64,000 nt of DNA from Antedon mediterranea (lineage: Eukaryota; Animalia; Echinodermata). The notes beneath the pieces are model-generated. The model saw only the letters and a program-made list of their open reading frames with translations. It did no database searches and had not been told where the DNA came from. Where the stretch lies: positions 15,128,001 through 15,192,000 of the forward strand of contig NC_092674.1 of assembly GCF_964355755.1 (NCBI RefSeq), read 5' to 3'. Within the stretch, counting starts at the first letter, position 1. Every line of letters starts with the position of its first letter. Below, piece by piece: positions 25,132 to 37,870 of this stretch. A program made the translations under genes and the position numbers.

Positions 25132-26659
25132 ACCAGTCTGTGTGCCCTGTTACTTTTCGGATTATACCTTCAAATTCCATTTTATCCAACTCAGCTTTAA
25201 TCTTTGGTTTCATGTGAATTGAACAACGTCGTGGAGCGTCGATGTAAGGTTCTGCATCTGGTATCAGATGGAGATCTACTGGCTCTTTAAAACATCCAAC
25301 TTTATCAAAACATTCAGGAAAATTCCATTTCAAATCTTCGACTGTGTTTATTGGTTTAACTGACGTGTGATCAAATAATGTGGATGTCGTAGTAACAGCA
25401 TCATATGTCATGTGCTCATCAAATGTAATTAGCTCCATGCATTCGCTAGATTTCTTTCCAATTAATGCTGGACCATCTACGTCAACAACATGGAACCTAT
25501 GTGTAGAAATCTTTTCACTATCTGTTCGTTGTAGTCCTAGATTTATCGAACCAAGATACTTAATTTTATGCCCACTGTATGAATACAGATCAGTGTAATC
25601 TTGCTTAATGTCAACTGATTGTTCTTTAAACATTTTCTTAAATATTCTCAGTGGTAACGTATTTCCACTGGCTCCACTGTCGACTTTTAAGTGGATCAGT
25701 CCCTTAGAAAGTATGTCGTCATGATGTACGTGCAAGTTTGTAAAAACTTCATTGTTTTTATTTTGTCTTTGAGCGTCAAGAAAAACACTATCGTATAATG
25801 TTAAGCTGCCTAACTCATGATGTTCATTTTCATCTACAGCATGCATCTTTCGTTTTTGATTTTGAAAGTTGTTGTGTCGAGAACGATTAAAATTATGTAA
25901 TTTACCTTTAGCTTTAGATGTGGATTGTTGCGATTTAAATGTGGATTGCGATTTACAGCATACTTTCCAATGATTCATTTTTCCACAATTTCTACAAGTG
26001 TCTCCCCATGCTGGACATTTTCGTGGTTCATGACTTCGGTCGCAATTTCGACATTTTCGTTCATACTTCGTTTTCAATGAATGAGCAATTACTGTCGGTG
26101 GTTGTTGTTGATCCTGCATCTTCTTTATTGTGCAATTAGATGCACTGATTGCTTCATATTCACGACCACGCTCAATAACTTGCGCAACAGGATATTTCTC
26201 CGGTTTTGTAAGCAGTTCCTTACGAAAATCTTCGAATAGTGTGGACAACACTACCATTTCGATCAATCGCTCATTTAGTTCATCCTTTTTAAAAGAACAT
26301 TTTGATGCTTTTTCACGTAGACGCGCAACATAATCACTGATGGGCTCATCTGTCTTTTGCCTATAGGTTGAAAACTCTAACCTATGAACTCTAAAATTTA
26401 TCTTGACAGACGCATCTAGTTGCTGCTCAAACAAGGTCCATATTTCTTTGGGTACCTTTTGGTTTGCATCAGACAACCCAGATGATAAAATTCTCTTCAT
26501 ACCTTCATCACCAAAAGCAAGTTTAATCTTTGTTGCTTTTTTCTCATCCAGTGTTACATTGTGGTCTTCAAAATATAAATTCATGCGTGCTTTAAACGCA
26601 CGGAGACTCTCTGCCAGGTCTTTTGCATCCCAATCCATCTTGGGCATTTTAGATGACAT
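25100..26659 (-). CDS. gag: Gag plus aspartic protease (out of frame with RT near 25130)
   Basis: Twin zinc knuckles CRNCDRSHEPRKC and CRNCGKMNHWKVC; protease KVDSGASGN. Confidence 0.9.
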   Translation of the reverse strand: MSSKMPKMDWDAKDLAESLRAFKARMNLYFEDHNVTLDEKKATKIKLAFGDEGMKRILSSGLSDANQKVPKEIWTLFEQQLDASVKINFRVHRLEFSTYRQKTDEPISDYVARLREKASKCSFKKDELNERLIEMVVLSTLFEDFRKELLTKPEKYPVAQVIERGREYEAISASNCTIKKMQDQQQPPTVIAHSLKTKYERKCRNCDRSHEPRKCPAWGDTCRNCGKMNHWKVCCKSQSTFKSQQSTSKAKGKLHNFNRSRHNNFQNQKRKMHAVDENEHHELGSLTLYDSVFLDAQRQNKNNEVFTNLHVHHDDILSKGLIHLKVDSGASGNTLPLRIFKKMFKEQSVDIKQDYTDLYSYSGHKIKYLGSINLGLQRTDSEKISTHRFHVVDVDGPALIGKKSSECMELITFDEHMTYDAVTTTSTLFDHTSVKPINTVEDLKWNFPECFDKVGCFKEPVDLHLIPDAEPYIDAPRRCSIHMKPKIKAELDKMEFEGIIRKVTGHTDWCAHICNEKRW

Positions 26660-26853
26660 ATTGATTATTGTTACGTACGGCCTAGCCTAAGCCACCAGAG
26701 CAATTATCACGCTAAAACGGTGATGGTGATTCGCCTACAAACGGCGCTGCTGTTGTTGGACGGACACGAGTGTTTTTTTACGGCGAGGCTTGTTGCTCGG
26801 AAATCAAAAATATGTCACGTACAGGAGTTCTATTCCTTGTTATTTCACAATAT

Positions 26854-26866
26854 ACCGCTGCCACCA
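26854..26866 (-). other. Primer-binding site complementary to the tRNA-Leu 3' end
   Basis: TGGTGGCAGCGGT directly follows the 5' LTR and is complementary to ACCGCTGCCA-CCA. Confidence 0.8.
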
Positions 26867-27031
26867 TTTAATGATTGTCAGACACGTTTTACTGATTATT
26901 TTGATGTTTAATATATATCTATTAATTGGTATTATTTTCAAACATGGCGTTGTATTAGAACTGCCCTTAGTGCGCAGTAGCGTTGCTATGGTTATATGGT
27001 TGGGGCAGCATACACATATGATATTACTACA
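26867..27031 (-). repeat. 5' LTR (165 bp)
   Basis: Minus strand TGTAGTAAT...AATCATTAAA followed by the PBS. Confidence 0.95.
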
Positions 27032-28815
27032 GGACCTGAATCCAAACTGTGTGCGTAATCGATATTCCTCTATACATTGATGGATCAAGTGGACTGCCTT
27101 TTTTTTCCAAATGGTTGTTAATTTGGACAGTCCCCAATCGCTTGGTACTTCTTTGGTTCTCCAAATTTCCTCAAACAGTCTATGTACATGGTTGACGAAT
27201 ACTGGGTTCTCTGTGGCGACTTGCAACATTTCAGAAGTGACATCTAGGGTAGCTTTGCGACCTTTTAGATGTCCGATTGCATCAATAATTTCTTTCTGGG
27301 ACGGAGGTTCATCGTCTATCCCAAATTCTGGTTGTCTCAGGTTGATTATATATTCTGGAGGTGTGCTAATTTCATCTGGGATTTTAAGGCTAGATTGGTC
27401 TGGATTAAAGTGATCTTTAAAGTGTTCACGTAATCCAGGACATTTTATAGGCTTTGGTGCTTTTCTTATAACATCACCGTGCTCCTTAGCTTTTCTCCAT
27501 AAATCAAATATTTCTAACTTGCTTGCTTCTTCATACAAATATTCATTCCGTAGTTCCTTCACCCGTATCTTAATTGCTTTCTGCATAGCCTTGATCTCCT
27601 CTTCTTTGTAGGTAACTGTGCTTTTGTTAATATTCTTTCTTTCTGTATAGCGCTCAGTTGATGTAGTGGTTGTCTTTTCAGGAGAAGTAGTTTTATTAAT
27701 TTCTTCTTCTATCTTTGTTTTAACATTATTTCTTACTTCTCGATCTTTAAGTTTACTCATGTTGGCTCTCTTGCTCTGTTTTTTCTTTTTATGCTTCTTC
27801 CACCTGGCTGCTTTGTTGGCTGGTGTTGTCATATTACTCACAAGGATTCTATGATCCGACGAAAGATAATAGTTGTTATAGACTCTTGTGTCAGTAACAT
27901 ACTTCCTCAACCAGTGATCACATATGTTGTAATCTAGTGTTTTTTTGTAACACCATCGTTGCTATGCCAAGTGATCCGATGAACGTTTGGATGGTCAAAC
28001 CAGGTGTTCAGTATGCATAGCTTGAAGTCAGAACAGTAGTTGACGAGTCTTGTGCCATTGTCATTACTAATGTCATCTGTGTCTTGAAATCTATGCAGGT
28101 TTCCATCAAAGAGTGATTTTCTGGTTGTTATTGTTGATGTTGCATTAAAGTCTCCCATCAGTAAGAGTTTTGTGTTGTTCTCGACTCTTGTTACTTTGGA
28201 GAGTTTTGCATAGAAAATATCCTTTGATGATTCCGAACCGGATTCCGTAGGAGAGTACACAGACACAATTCTTAATTTACAATTTTTTATTGTGACGTCT
28301 ATTGCCATTAGACGTTCATATACATAATGAACATTAGACACTTTGATATGGGGTGACTGTTTGATGGCAATAGCAACCCCATACATCTTTTTGATTTTCA
28401 GTCCGGTCCAGTATACATTGTAGCCCTCATGTGAGATTCCACCGGTACCAATCCGTCTCACTTCCTGCATACACACGATGTCAAGGTTTGCTGCTTTAAT
28501 TTGAATGAGGGTTTCATGTAGTAAGAAGTCATCTGAGCAGGTATTAACATTAATCTGTCTTGCTCGCCAATGAAACAATTTTGCAGGTTTTTGTTTCCTA
28601 ACTGCTTCTTGTACTTTCTTGTTTATATTAGAAAGGTTTTTAAAATCTATATCTTTATTACTCTTTGTGTGAAATTTTGACTTGCGTCCACCACGGGTAC
28701 CTCTATAATGGAAAATTCCCAAGTCTTTCAAAACACTTCCAACCGCAGTAGTAATTTTTCCAGCATATTGTCTCAGGTTAAGTAGCTTTGAGTAGCTATA
28801 GTTATAGGTCAACAT
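27032..28815 (-). mobile_element. RTE-like LINE, 5' part (APE endonuclease and start of RT)
   Basis: YRGTRGGRK, DIVCMQEVRR, VYSPTE, MGDFNA, NDNG, SDHR, VPSDW and TQFGFRS; removing the Gypsy element restores QFGFRSNRG. Confidence 0.9.
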
Positions 28816-29559
28816 AGTTTACTCGCAGCATTGGTAGATTATAATAATAATATCACACATACACCGATTCTAAGCCCTGTAAACAAATCTCCTATGCTAT
28901 TCTGTCCCAAAGTTCTAAAGCAACAATAGGCTTTGCTTTACTGAACACTGCTAAGACAATAGCATGCACACAGCTAGATTGGGCCTAGCTATAAGGTATA
29001 AAAAAATCTTTTCTAAATCCAGCTTAGCTGATAAAAATAAGAAAAAAAATATACAATACAATAGTTGTAAGTGCTGATAACAATATTGGTAGTAAAATCA
29101 CTCTCAAAATGTGTACTTAAAACCCAAAAAGCAAAATTTTTGAAGCAGAATGGGAGTAACAATGTCAAGCGCCTCTGGCAGCCTATTATTGTAAAGCATG
29201 TACACAATAAATAAAAATCTAATAAATCTGAGAGGTTTATTCGCCGCAATAGAAAAAGGTGAGAACTGATTTCGAGAACTGATTTCTTTGGCCACAAAGA
29301 TTTTAAGTGACTATTTTGAATTTTCATTATCAGGGAGTGTTTACAATCAATCAGACAATTGTGTCCCATAAAAGTGTGGCAGAATATCATGTTAAGAACC
29401 ACATTAAAAGAGAAGAATTTTGTGTAGAAGAATTTAAAAATAAAGGTAAGGTTTGCTAATCAAAAATTTATCTCCTATAAGCTGCTTTCACATCGCGCCC
29501 GGATTCGGTCCGGTGGCCTGAGAAAATTATCGTGGAAAATGGGTTCAGTGGTAGAGCAT

Positions 29560-29830
29560 AAGGTCGTTCACACCAAATTCGTACGATTTTAATCCGTACC
29601 TGATTCGGGCTCCGAATTCGTAGCGATGGATCACGAAGCCATTTCTTTTCTGAAATCGTACGATTTTTTTCTTTCGACCAATCAAAAGCGAGGATGAATG
29701 ACCTTTCTTGTGAGGAGGAGAGGTTGTCTGCTCTTTTCCGCGCCACGATCATAAAATCAATGTGCGACGTGAATTTTGGTGGAGCCCCTTTCCTTTTTAG
29801 TGTTATTTGCTCGAACAATTGTTTTTTTTA
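29560..29830 (+). mobile_element. Probable left terminal region of the third Harbinger element
   Basis: CpG-rich ggtcgttcacacc...aatcgtacgatt repeats upstream of a MADF gene; the right TIR was not found. Confidence 0.35.
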
Positions 29831-30906
29831 AAGCATAGCCGTATCCTGCAATTAGCTGGAATCATACTTTAGATTATTAAGATAAGTATATTTCTGTTAT
29901 TAATACTAGTTAGTTACTAACTAGGCTAGTGTAGGCCTAGCCTAGCCTAGGCCTGCTAGCTACAGCAGCTAGCAGTACGCTATAGGCTATAGTAGTTAGT
30001 ACGCGATCTGATCTCCATGCAACCATCATCAGACGGTAGGTCGGTAGGCGCGCTGTTTTCATCCTAGCATTAGGCCTAGGTTAGTTAGTTATTAATTTAG
30101 TTATATCGTTGGGTCGCTTCTAGGCCTACATCCCGCTTGACTTTGTACTCTCGTCTCTGCTCTGTATCTAAAAAAGGTACCTGGCTATAGCCTAGAGGTA
30201 GGCCTAACTAGCCTATTATATGCCTAATGTTTTTTTATAAATTTAACAAGGAAACTAGGCCTAGGCTAAGTTAGGCCTAGGCTAGTTACTGCGAATAGAA
30301 TTATTATAATTATTAGGCTAGGCCTAGCCTAGAGGCCTTAGATTATAGATAGGCCCCCCTGGCTACTTGTTAATAATGGATGTCTTTTATTAATTATTAA
30401 TATTATTTTGTGATCTGATATGACCGATATTTTATTTAGGGTCTATGAGGCCTGATTTATTTTTATGTCAACTGTTTTTATTGACTAGGAATTATTATAT
30501 TGACGATTGTAAGTAGGCTAGGCTAGTGAGGGTCTCTATGATCAGCTTCAGCCATTTGGATAGACCACCTTTGTTCAATAAAATGATAATCCTGCTTATC
30601 TAAATTATTTCTAGTAGGCCTAGGCTATACCCTAGGCCTAGTGTCTTTGATTTTAAAACAAATGTTTTTTATTCTTTCTTTTTTGGTTTAATCCCTCCCA
30701 AAAAACAACCTTGGCCTATATATTTTTCATAAGTGATGGGGGATTAATTTTCAGTCTTCCTTCTGCTTATCCCAACTGAGTTTGACAAAAGACAAGTGCA
30801 ATAATAATAATTGAGTATTAAGTTTTGTTAGCAAGTTATATAGTTAGGTACCTAGCACCTTTCTATTCAATTAATATATTTTTTAAACTACCGTTATTAT
30901 TTAGAA

Positions 30907-31694
30907 ATGGCTCTTACAGAAGAACAGACTGAACAACTAATCATAGAAGTGGAAAAGAATAGCGTCCTATATGATCTGTCAGACAAGCGATACAAAGATG
31001 TTTGACATAAAAATGATGTGTGGGATGAAATCGCTATTAAAGTTGATGTACTTGGATTGGATAAATTGTAAATAGTTATGTACTGTATCAAATTATCCCA
31101 ACAGTATTGCTTGCAACATTTTTATTTTATAAACATCCCCTTTTTTCAGGTCAAATATTATCTAAGAAGTTTACAAATATCAAGGATGCCTATGTTGCAT
31201 ACTTAAGAAAAGTTGGACAAAACTATCTGACTGATTATATAGTGAGAACAGATGGAGGATGCACAGAGAGGCATGAATTTGAAAATAACCTTGATCATTT
31301 GCTTTTAATGTTTTACAGAAGCACCAGTAATTTCAATTTGCCGGATGAGTGCGAAAACCTTCTCACTGCTATATTGGATGGTCGTGAGGTTATTCAAGAC
31401 GATCAAGAAGGAAAATCATCGGAAATTATTAATGAGGGTGATATTCCCAGTACCTCAAAACCAAAACATACTCCCGCAAAAAGAAAATTAGCCAAAAATG
31501 AAGATGTGAATGCTGTATTAATTGATTATTTTTCAGGGAAAAAGGCAGGAGAGAAAAATGCATTAGCATATTTTTTTTAATCTGCATTCAAAACTGTTGA
31601 AACCTTCCCAAAGGTGAAACAAATCCAAATTAAAAAGGTAATTAGCGATGCGATTTTTGAGATTGAGACTGAACTTGCACAATGTGAAGAATAG
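30907..31694 (+). pseudogene. MADF accessory gene of the third Harbinger element (two exons, internal stops)
   Basis: MALTEEQTEQLIIEVEKNSVLYDLSDKRYKDV*HKNDVWDEIA; exon 2 from 31151 reads KKFTNIKDAY...YFF*SAFKTVENLPKVKQIQIK. Confidence 0.8.
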
Positions 31695-31715
31695 AAATTA
31701 AAATAATAGCATTTC

Positions 31716-31756
31716 TAAAGCTCTGTCTACACTAGTTTGATAGTGTAGACAGATCT
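31716..31756. repeat. Short hairpin, possibly a collapsed MITE
   Basis: tctgtctacacta-gtttga-tagtgtagacaga. Confidence 0.7.
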
Positions 31757-31757
31757 A

Positions 31758-32186
31758 AAAGACCCCTTCCCTGCAATTTTGGACGTTTTTTGGAAAATAA
31801 TACATATATATCACTTTAAAAACATTAAACCATGTCATTCCTTGTCTTAAATGTACGTTTTATGGTAAATTATGATAAAAAGTGAGAAACAATGCACTAC
31901 CCGGTATTTTCGCTGAAAAGTTAGGAGTCTTCCATTTGTTTTGGCCTCACGATCGATCGAAAAGTGGGCGAATTACAGGTGAAAAACAAAAATATCAATC
32001 CGTGCGCAATGCATTTTGGGATTTATAGCGGGCCGCTATAATTATTAGAATCGACTTATTTTTCACATTTTTAACCGTTTAAAGACGAAAAAAGTTATCG
32101 CAATAGGACCATATAGTATTATTTTTACATTAAATATAGTTTGTGATCTTAAATTAGATCTAAAAAACGTAGGGAAGGGGGCTTTA
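31758..32186. mobile_element. Kolobok-like MITE
   Basis: Termini aaagaccccttccct and agggaagggggcttt with TTAA-like flanks; a second partial copy lies at 37936-38195. Confidence 0.7.
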
Positions 32187-32229
32187 ACATATGTACTAGT
32201 ATAATTTGATTATTAAATACAGTAGTAGC

Positions 32230-32730
32230 ACACATCTTGCAGTTTGGTATACTGTGTACTTTCGTTTAGGTTGGCATATTTTATTCAGTTTGCTGCCGCA
32301 CACAGTACAACTTTGTCCACGTTGGCCGGCTTCAGCTCCAGCTTACGATGAAAAATGCGAAACTTGTTGGCCAGGATGCCAAAGACATTTTCAGAGATTC
32401 GCCTAGCACGGCTGTGGCGGTAGTTGTATATCCTTTTTTCTCTGTCAAGTTTTTTACCTGAAATATAAATAATTCTATTTAATAATTCTTTATGATGTGT
32501 TGGTGTCAACAAAGTATTGCTATATTTTTTTAGACCTGCCACCGCAATAAATAATAAAATAAAAATCAGTCTGTCTTATTACCTGGGTATGGTCTCCGAC
32601 GCAGTTTGGGAAATTCCACCGTCTTTCAAAATCGGCTGATATGTCGGCCCATTCATCTTTAGTAGGCGGGGCCATATATACTGGTTGGAGTTTTTTCCAG
32701 ATAGCATCTGCCACCTCCAAGACTATCGCG
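32230..32730 (-). pseudogene. Harbinger transposase fragments (third element)
   Basis: EVADAIWKKLQP..FERRWNFPNCVG; YNYRHSRARRISENVFGILANKFRIF. Confidence 0.85.
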
Positions 32731-35700
32731 CTTATTATATAAACTCAATGTAGGTCTGCATAAAAACGCCTTTTTTCTATGTGTACAATTATCATAAATG
32801 TCCTACTTAGCGCGGCTCTTCGTAAGCACTAAACATTGACATTGGTTTTTTTTTTATTACAAAGGTTTAAGTATCGTGCGCATCACTTAATATAGTCTGG
32901 GTTCCAGACGGAGTTTTGTCTTAATATTAGTAAAAAGATAAATATTTTGGCACATATGGCGTTTCATACGTATACTACTTGATTTTGGATACTCCGACAA
33001 AAATCGCGGTCGAAATAAAAACAAATAAATTTAAAAAAAAGATAATACAGACTTGGGGCAAGTCTACACTTAATAAAGATGCGAGGTGTTACCCACATGG
33101 CTTTCTATATCGTATCATGTTTTACTATAGGCTAGTACACACTTGGAGCAGTATATTAGGTCAATAAAAATTGCACTACTAGCAGAAAACCCAACCCAAC
33201 ATTCGATTTGAACGAGAAATAATTAAGTTTACATGGTCATCCCAAGTAAGTTCACTATTAATCGTGACCCCCAGATGACAATGACTAGATACGGATTTAA
33301 TAGGCAAGTCATTTATACGATAAACAGGTCTATAATTGTCATTGCTAGAATCATCTGATACTCTGTGTCGATCTGGTTGGTAAAAATATTATACTATATC
33401 GCATTCAAGACAGCTCACTGCTTTAGAAATATTTCATTTGGCAGAGTTAGTTGTCATTTAACTGAAGAAGTTTTAATATGAAGAAGTGTTCTATACTGTA
33501 GACCTCCTGATGGTCAACATTTTGTGTTAATCACCATGTTGTTGTCATAGGCATATCATTTTGTGTCATTTCAATCTAACACGTTTCAATAAGAAATTTA
33601 ATCCATTAAAAAAAATGGTGGCCATTTTATGTGATTTTAATGAATATAGGTTTATAATAATTTTTATATAGCAGACAACCCATATGACATTCATTTTAAC
33701 TTAAAATATTATTCATAATGGGTGTTACTTTGTCCAATATGGTACATTTATTTTATATTTTACGTATTGGCGGCCATCTTGGATTTGATACCCTTAAGCT
33801 TTTTTAAAAAAATGGCAACATATTTTTGTTATTACTTTACATCCCAAAGACACTAAATCAGCTGGAATTTTGCTTTTAACAAAAAAAATGACACGAAATT
33901 ACATAGCGGCCTACAATAAGTGAGAAATTTGATTCAATAGGGTTTCGGTATTTTTTTTAATGGCATGGAATGGAAATGTATGTTTTAAACTATGCTTTAA
34001 CTGGCAACTCTAATATAATATTTCATCATTTGCAACCACATAGGCCCTACTGTATAAGCCTTTTTTTAACCTAGTTTAAAAAATGTAATGGGCTCGTGCA
34101 TATAAAAAATATATCATATAACAAAAGGGCCAAAGTTACCAAGAAATAATAAGCCTGCTTGCATCAACCAGGTCAACTGTTGTTTACTGCTTCCATGGAT
34201 GACGTGGGTGAGTACTTGATTCTGTTGGTAGATTAATCTAGGGATACCGATCCTTACTCTTTTTAGGTCTCTATTGTTTATGCAGAACGGGGAGCTCGTT
34301 GGGATTGATTTATGGCCCGACAATAGACGGGATGGAATTTTCTGGCCTGTTCTATTGAAGAGTATTTAGAATCTAGTTATTTTTGTCTATCCTATTTGGG
34401 TGGGAATAACATTAGCATTTTTATTTATTTATTTCTTAGTTAATGTAGATTGAATTGCTTTGGAATTAATTGATTTTCCGATTGAATTTATTTTAAATGG
34501 ATTATTTTGACGTAACTTATTTAGGAAATTTTTTATTGGATTAGTTAGATAACATTTTATTTATTAGATGGTTTTTCTAGTTGGATTTCCTACCTATTAT
34601 TTTCACGATTTATTTTTATTTTGGTAGTATTTTTGTTATTATTATTTATTTTTAGCATGTCTCAACTTAGTTCATGCTATTTATTTAGTTTAGATTATTA
34701 ATATTTTTTATTGTACAGGCAATGCTGGTACCTATATTGTATTATTACATTTTTGGTTAGAATATTATTTTTGTATTTTTGATACATTAGGCATTATATT
34801 ATAAATTTAAGGTTTATCATAGGGTTTCACCTAGAAATTTTATTTTGTATGCCTTTTTCTTCAAGAAAATATTTTCCTTGTCTCGTCTCATTTACTTTTA
34901 CATGCAATTGGTCTTGTATGTTTTTATTCTTATCTTATGAATTACTTTTGAACATGCCTTGTATATATAATTCTTTTCATTAACCTGTACTATTTGTGTA
35001 GTCCTATTTAATTATTTTTGTGGCATATTGTGAGTGCCCATAATAAGTCAATATATGTATACATGATTTTGCTAAAATGAGAAAATGATGGCCTATAGAG
35101 ATAACTATGGAAATATAACTAACCCACACAATCTAGCATGGGCAGTCGGCGATAATTTGTTTGACTTTTTGTCCTTTAAGGTTGACTATATCGCCAACTC
35201 TCAAGGGTAATGGTATTTTTAAATGTACATTGTCATGATAATATCAAATGATGGATGCTTAGAACCAATTGAAGAAATTGAACAAACTTGGATATTAAAC
35301 ATGTGTATGCATAGCAAAACCATCTGGAAAAATGACAGGATTGGGTCCTCAAAAAGCATGATGTTCCTACAATCTAAATATCGTGGGCTTGGTGCCAAAA
35401 CCGTCTATGTCCAATTTGAGCAAAAATGAGTTAGACCCTCTATTAGTTATGTTCTTGGATATACTTTCTCTGCCAGAAGTGTCTAGGTCCACTCCTTTCA
35501 AAATAGGGGGCATTAGACAAAGCAGGGAGTTGATAACAACTCCCTGGACAAAGTAAATTAAGTCTATGTCCTTATATATGATTTTGATTTATGCCAGAAC
35601 TGTCTATGTGGGACATAGTCAGTTCTGGCATGATTTTTTAGATTTTTGTGGGACATAGACATATCTTTTACATTGGATTCCTGTATGCAGCGGTGGTATC

Positions 35701-36143
35701 CATGCTGTCTCTTCCGTATTATCATTTTCAAGTTGTTTCTCACTTTTTTGGTCAATTTTTGTGATTTAAATATCATGACTAAGAGGCTTAGAAGAGGTAA
35801 GTTTCAAAGGATCAATCGTAGTTAGTCACATTATAATTGTTGTAAATTAATTAGGTTAGGCCGGGCTTTATAGGCAAGCCTCTCCAGGCAGGCCTAAACT
35901 AGGCAAAACTAGGCCTAACTTTGCTTAGGCCGAGGCCTACTTAGAAGCCTGCACATTTGACAATTTTTTATTCATGAGTCACTCATTGTAGCTATAATAC
36001 ACATATACATTTTTCGTTTCAGATAATGCCTACAATGCGTCTCAAGTCATAGCAATGTTAGACATTGATGACAGTGATAATGACCCGGATTATATTCCGG
36101 CGCCAATCTCAGAAGAAGAAGTTACGTATTTATAGTTAAGTTA

Positions 36144-37870
36144 TGTATTTAACTTTTAAACACAGTATACCATTAACAATCCACATTTTTTATATATAAA
36201 CATTTTTTTTCCCTAGATTTTTCAAACGTCTGGGTTTGAAATACCCGCAAACAAGCTAAATCAATTTTACAATCCTCCGGAATATACCATAGCAGAAACT
36301 TTTGGTTTGCCAGAAAAACAAAGAATTGGACTATATAAGACCTATTTTAGAATATGCTGCCCCTGTTTGGCATGGCGCTATCACTAAGGACATGTCCAAG
36401 TCTATTGAAAAGGTACAAAAGAGAGCATTGCGTATCATGCTAGGTAACAACTATTTGTGCTATGATCATGCATTGTCTGTTACTGGTTTACCTACTCTTG
36501 TAGAGAGAAGAAACAAACTTGTGTTGTCTTTCGGGGAAGGCTTATTAAAATCCGAGCTGTTTAGAGAAATACTTCCCCCTCTTCATAAGCCAGCTCGGTC
36601 TCTCAGAGTCAACCGCTTTCTAGAAGTACCTCATTGTAAAACCAGCAGACTTAGGTCGTCTCCAGTTCCCACCATGGTGGATATAATTAATAGGCACCAC
36701 TAGCTCTTTTTTAGATATGTAATAAGTGAATGTTTGTTTCTATTTTTATAGCAATTTTAACTAATTTTTAGTCATTTGTAATACATTTTTATATACCGAA
36801 TAAATAAAGGCAACTATAGCTGAGGTGCAGTATAATTGTAGTTATATAGATTCACAGTTTTTTTACTCGGGATACCCGAGTCTAGGACTCCCTCATCTTC
36901 TCCTCTTCCTCCTCCTCCATCTCCATCTGGACACTATTGAGCCAACTTTCAAGTCCTATTAGTTCTTTATGCGACGTCTGCCAGCCATGCATATACTACT
37001 AAAGCTATAGAGAAAGTTTTCGTACTTCAACCGGATGCAGAATTATGACATCAAACATGGTACCAATCGTGCTTGTTTTTAACTGATAAGGTCATATAAA
37101 TGAAATATATTTCATAAATGAAGCATAAGAAAATGAAAGTATCACATCCTTACAGGTTTTTCAATACAAGAGGGGCAAGGTGATGATAGACCGTAAACAA
37201 AAATTAAATGTAAGCTGTGGGGAACCCATAGCGAGGCTATTACCGATGCAAACATCGGACACACTGTCACTCTAACTATAACGTTGAGATTGAGGTCTAC
37301 AATGACGCTCAACAAATCAAGTCTTTGGATTTGACAACCATAAACGTAAGAACTTAGTTTTCAAAAATATATTCAAAATCACATCTTCTTAAAACAAGTA
37401 ATATGCCTACAAGATGACAAAGAAAAACGTACTTCTCTTTCATTTTCGTCACACGAGTTGATGATTCTGAAAAAACGTATCAATTGACCATCACGGCTGT
37501 GGATGAAGAAATTGATCCAGAACCTAAGTATATAAATTCAGATTTACACAAAACAAAATTCACTTCACTAACGCGAGTTTCTTTTCTTTTCATAGAAAAA
37601 TTAATCTCCTTACAGAAAGTGATGTTGGTCTACTACGTAAATGTTTTCAAGTCGTTAAACGTGACTGTCAATTAAGTCAATTCAAATAATGTTAAGATAT
37701 GAATACGTTAAGATATGAATGTGAAATGAAGATGTTAAGATACCCATGGATGACTTGTTTTGACAGCATATTCTTGTCTGGCTGACTGACCTGGATGGTG
37801 TTTACCTGTGTATTTGGGACCCAGACAGTGGCTAGATAGTGCCATTGAAGATGCAGTACAACATTGACGT
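36144..37870 (+). repeat. Partial, deleted copy of the duplicated unit (homologous to 53996-55450 and ~55740)
   Basis: Near-identical blocks such as ccattaacaatccac, gggaacccatagcgaggc and ccagaacctaagtat. Confidence 0.9.
36334..36804 (+). mobile_element. 5'-truncated CR1/L2-group LINE 3' end
   Basis: YIRPILEYAAPVWH..EKVQKRALR..GLPTLVERR; AATAAA tail; absent from the homologous sites at ~54198 and ~63817. Confidence 0.9.

Larger units (their letters stand above)
22274..27031 (-). mobile_element. Full-length Ty3/Gypsy (Mag-type) LTR retrotransposon
   Basis: Two near-identical LTRs; TSD ggacc at 22269-22273 and 27032-27036; PBS and PPT present; domain order gag-PR-RT-RH-IN. Confidence 0.97.

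Noticed and set aside
26840-27910. 356-aa ORF as a single gene
   Set aside because: It is a chimera of LINE ORF sequence reading into the Gypsy LTR.
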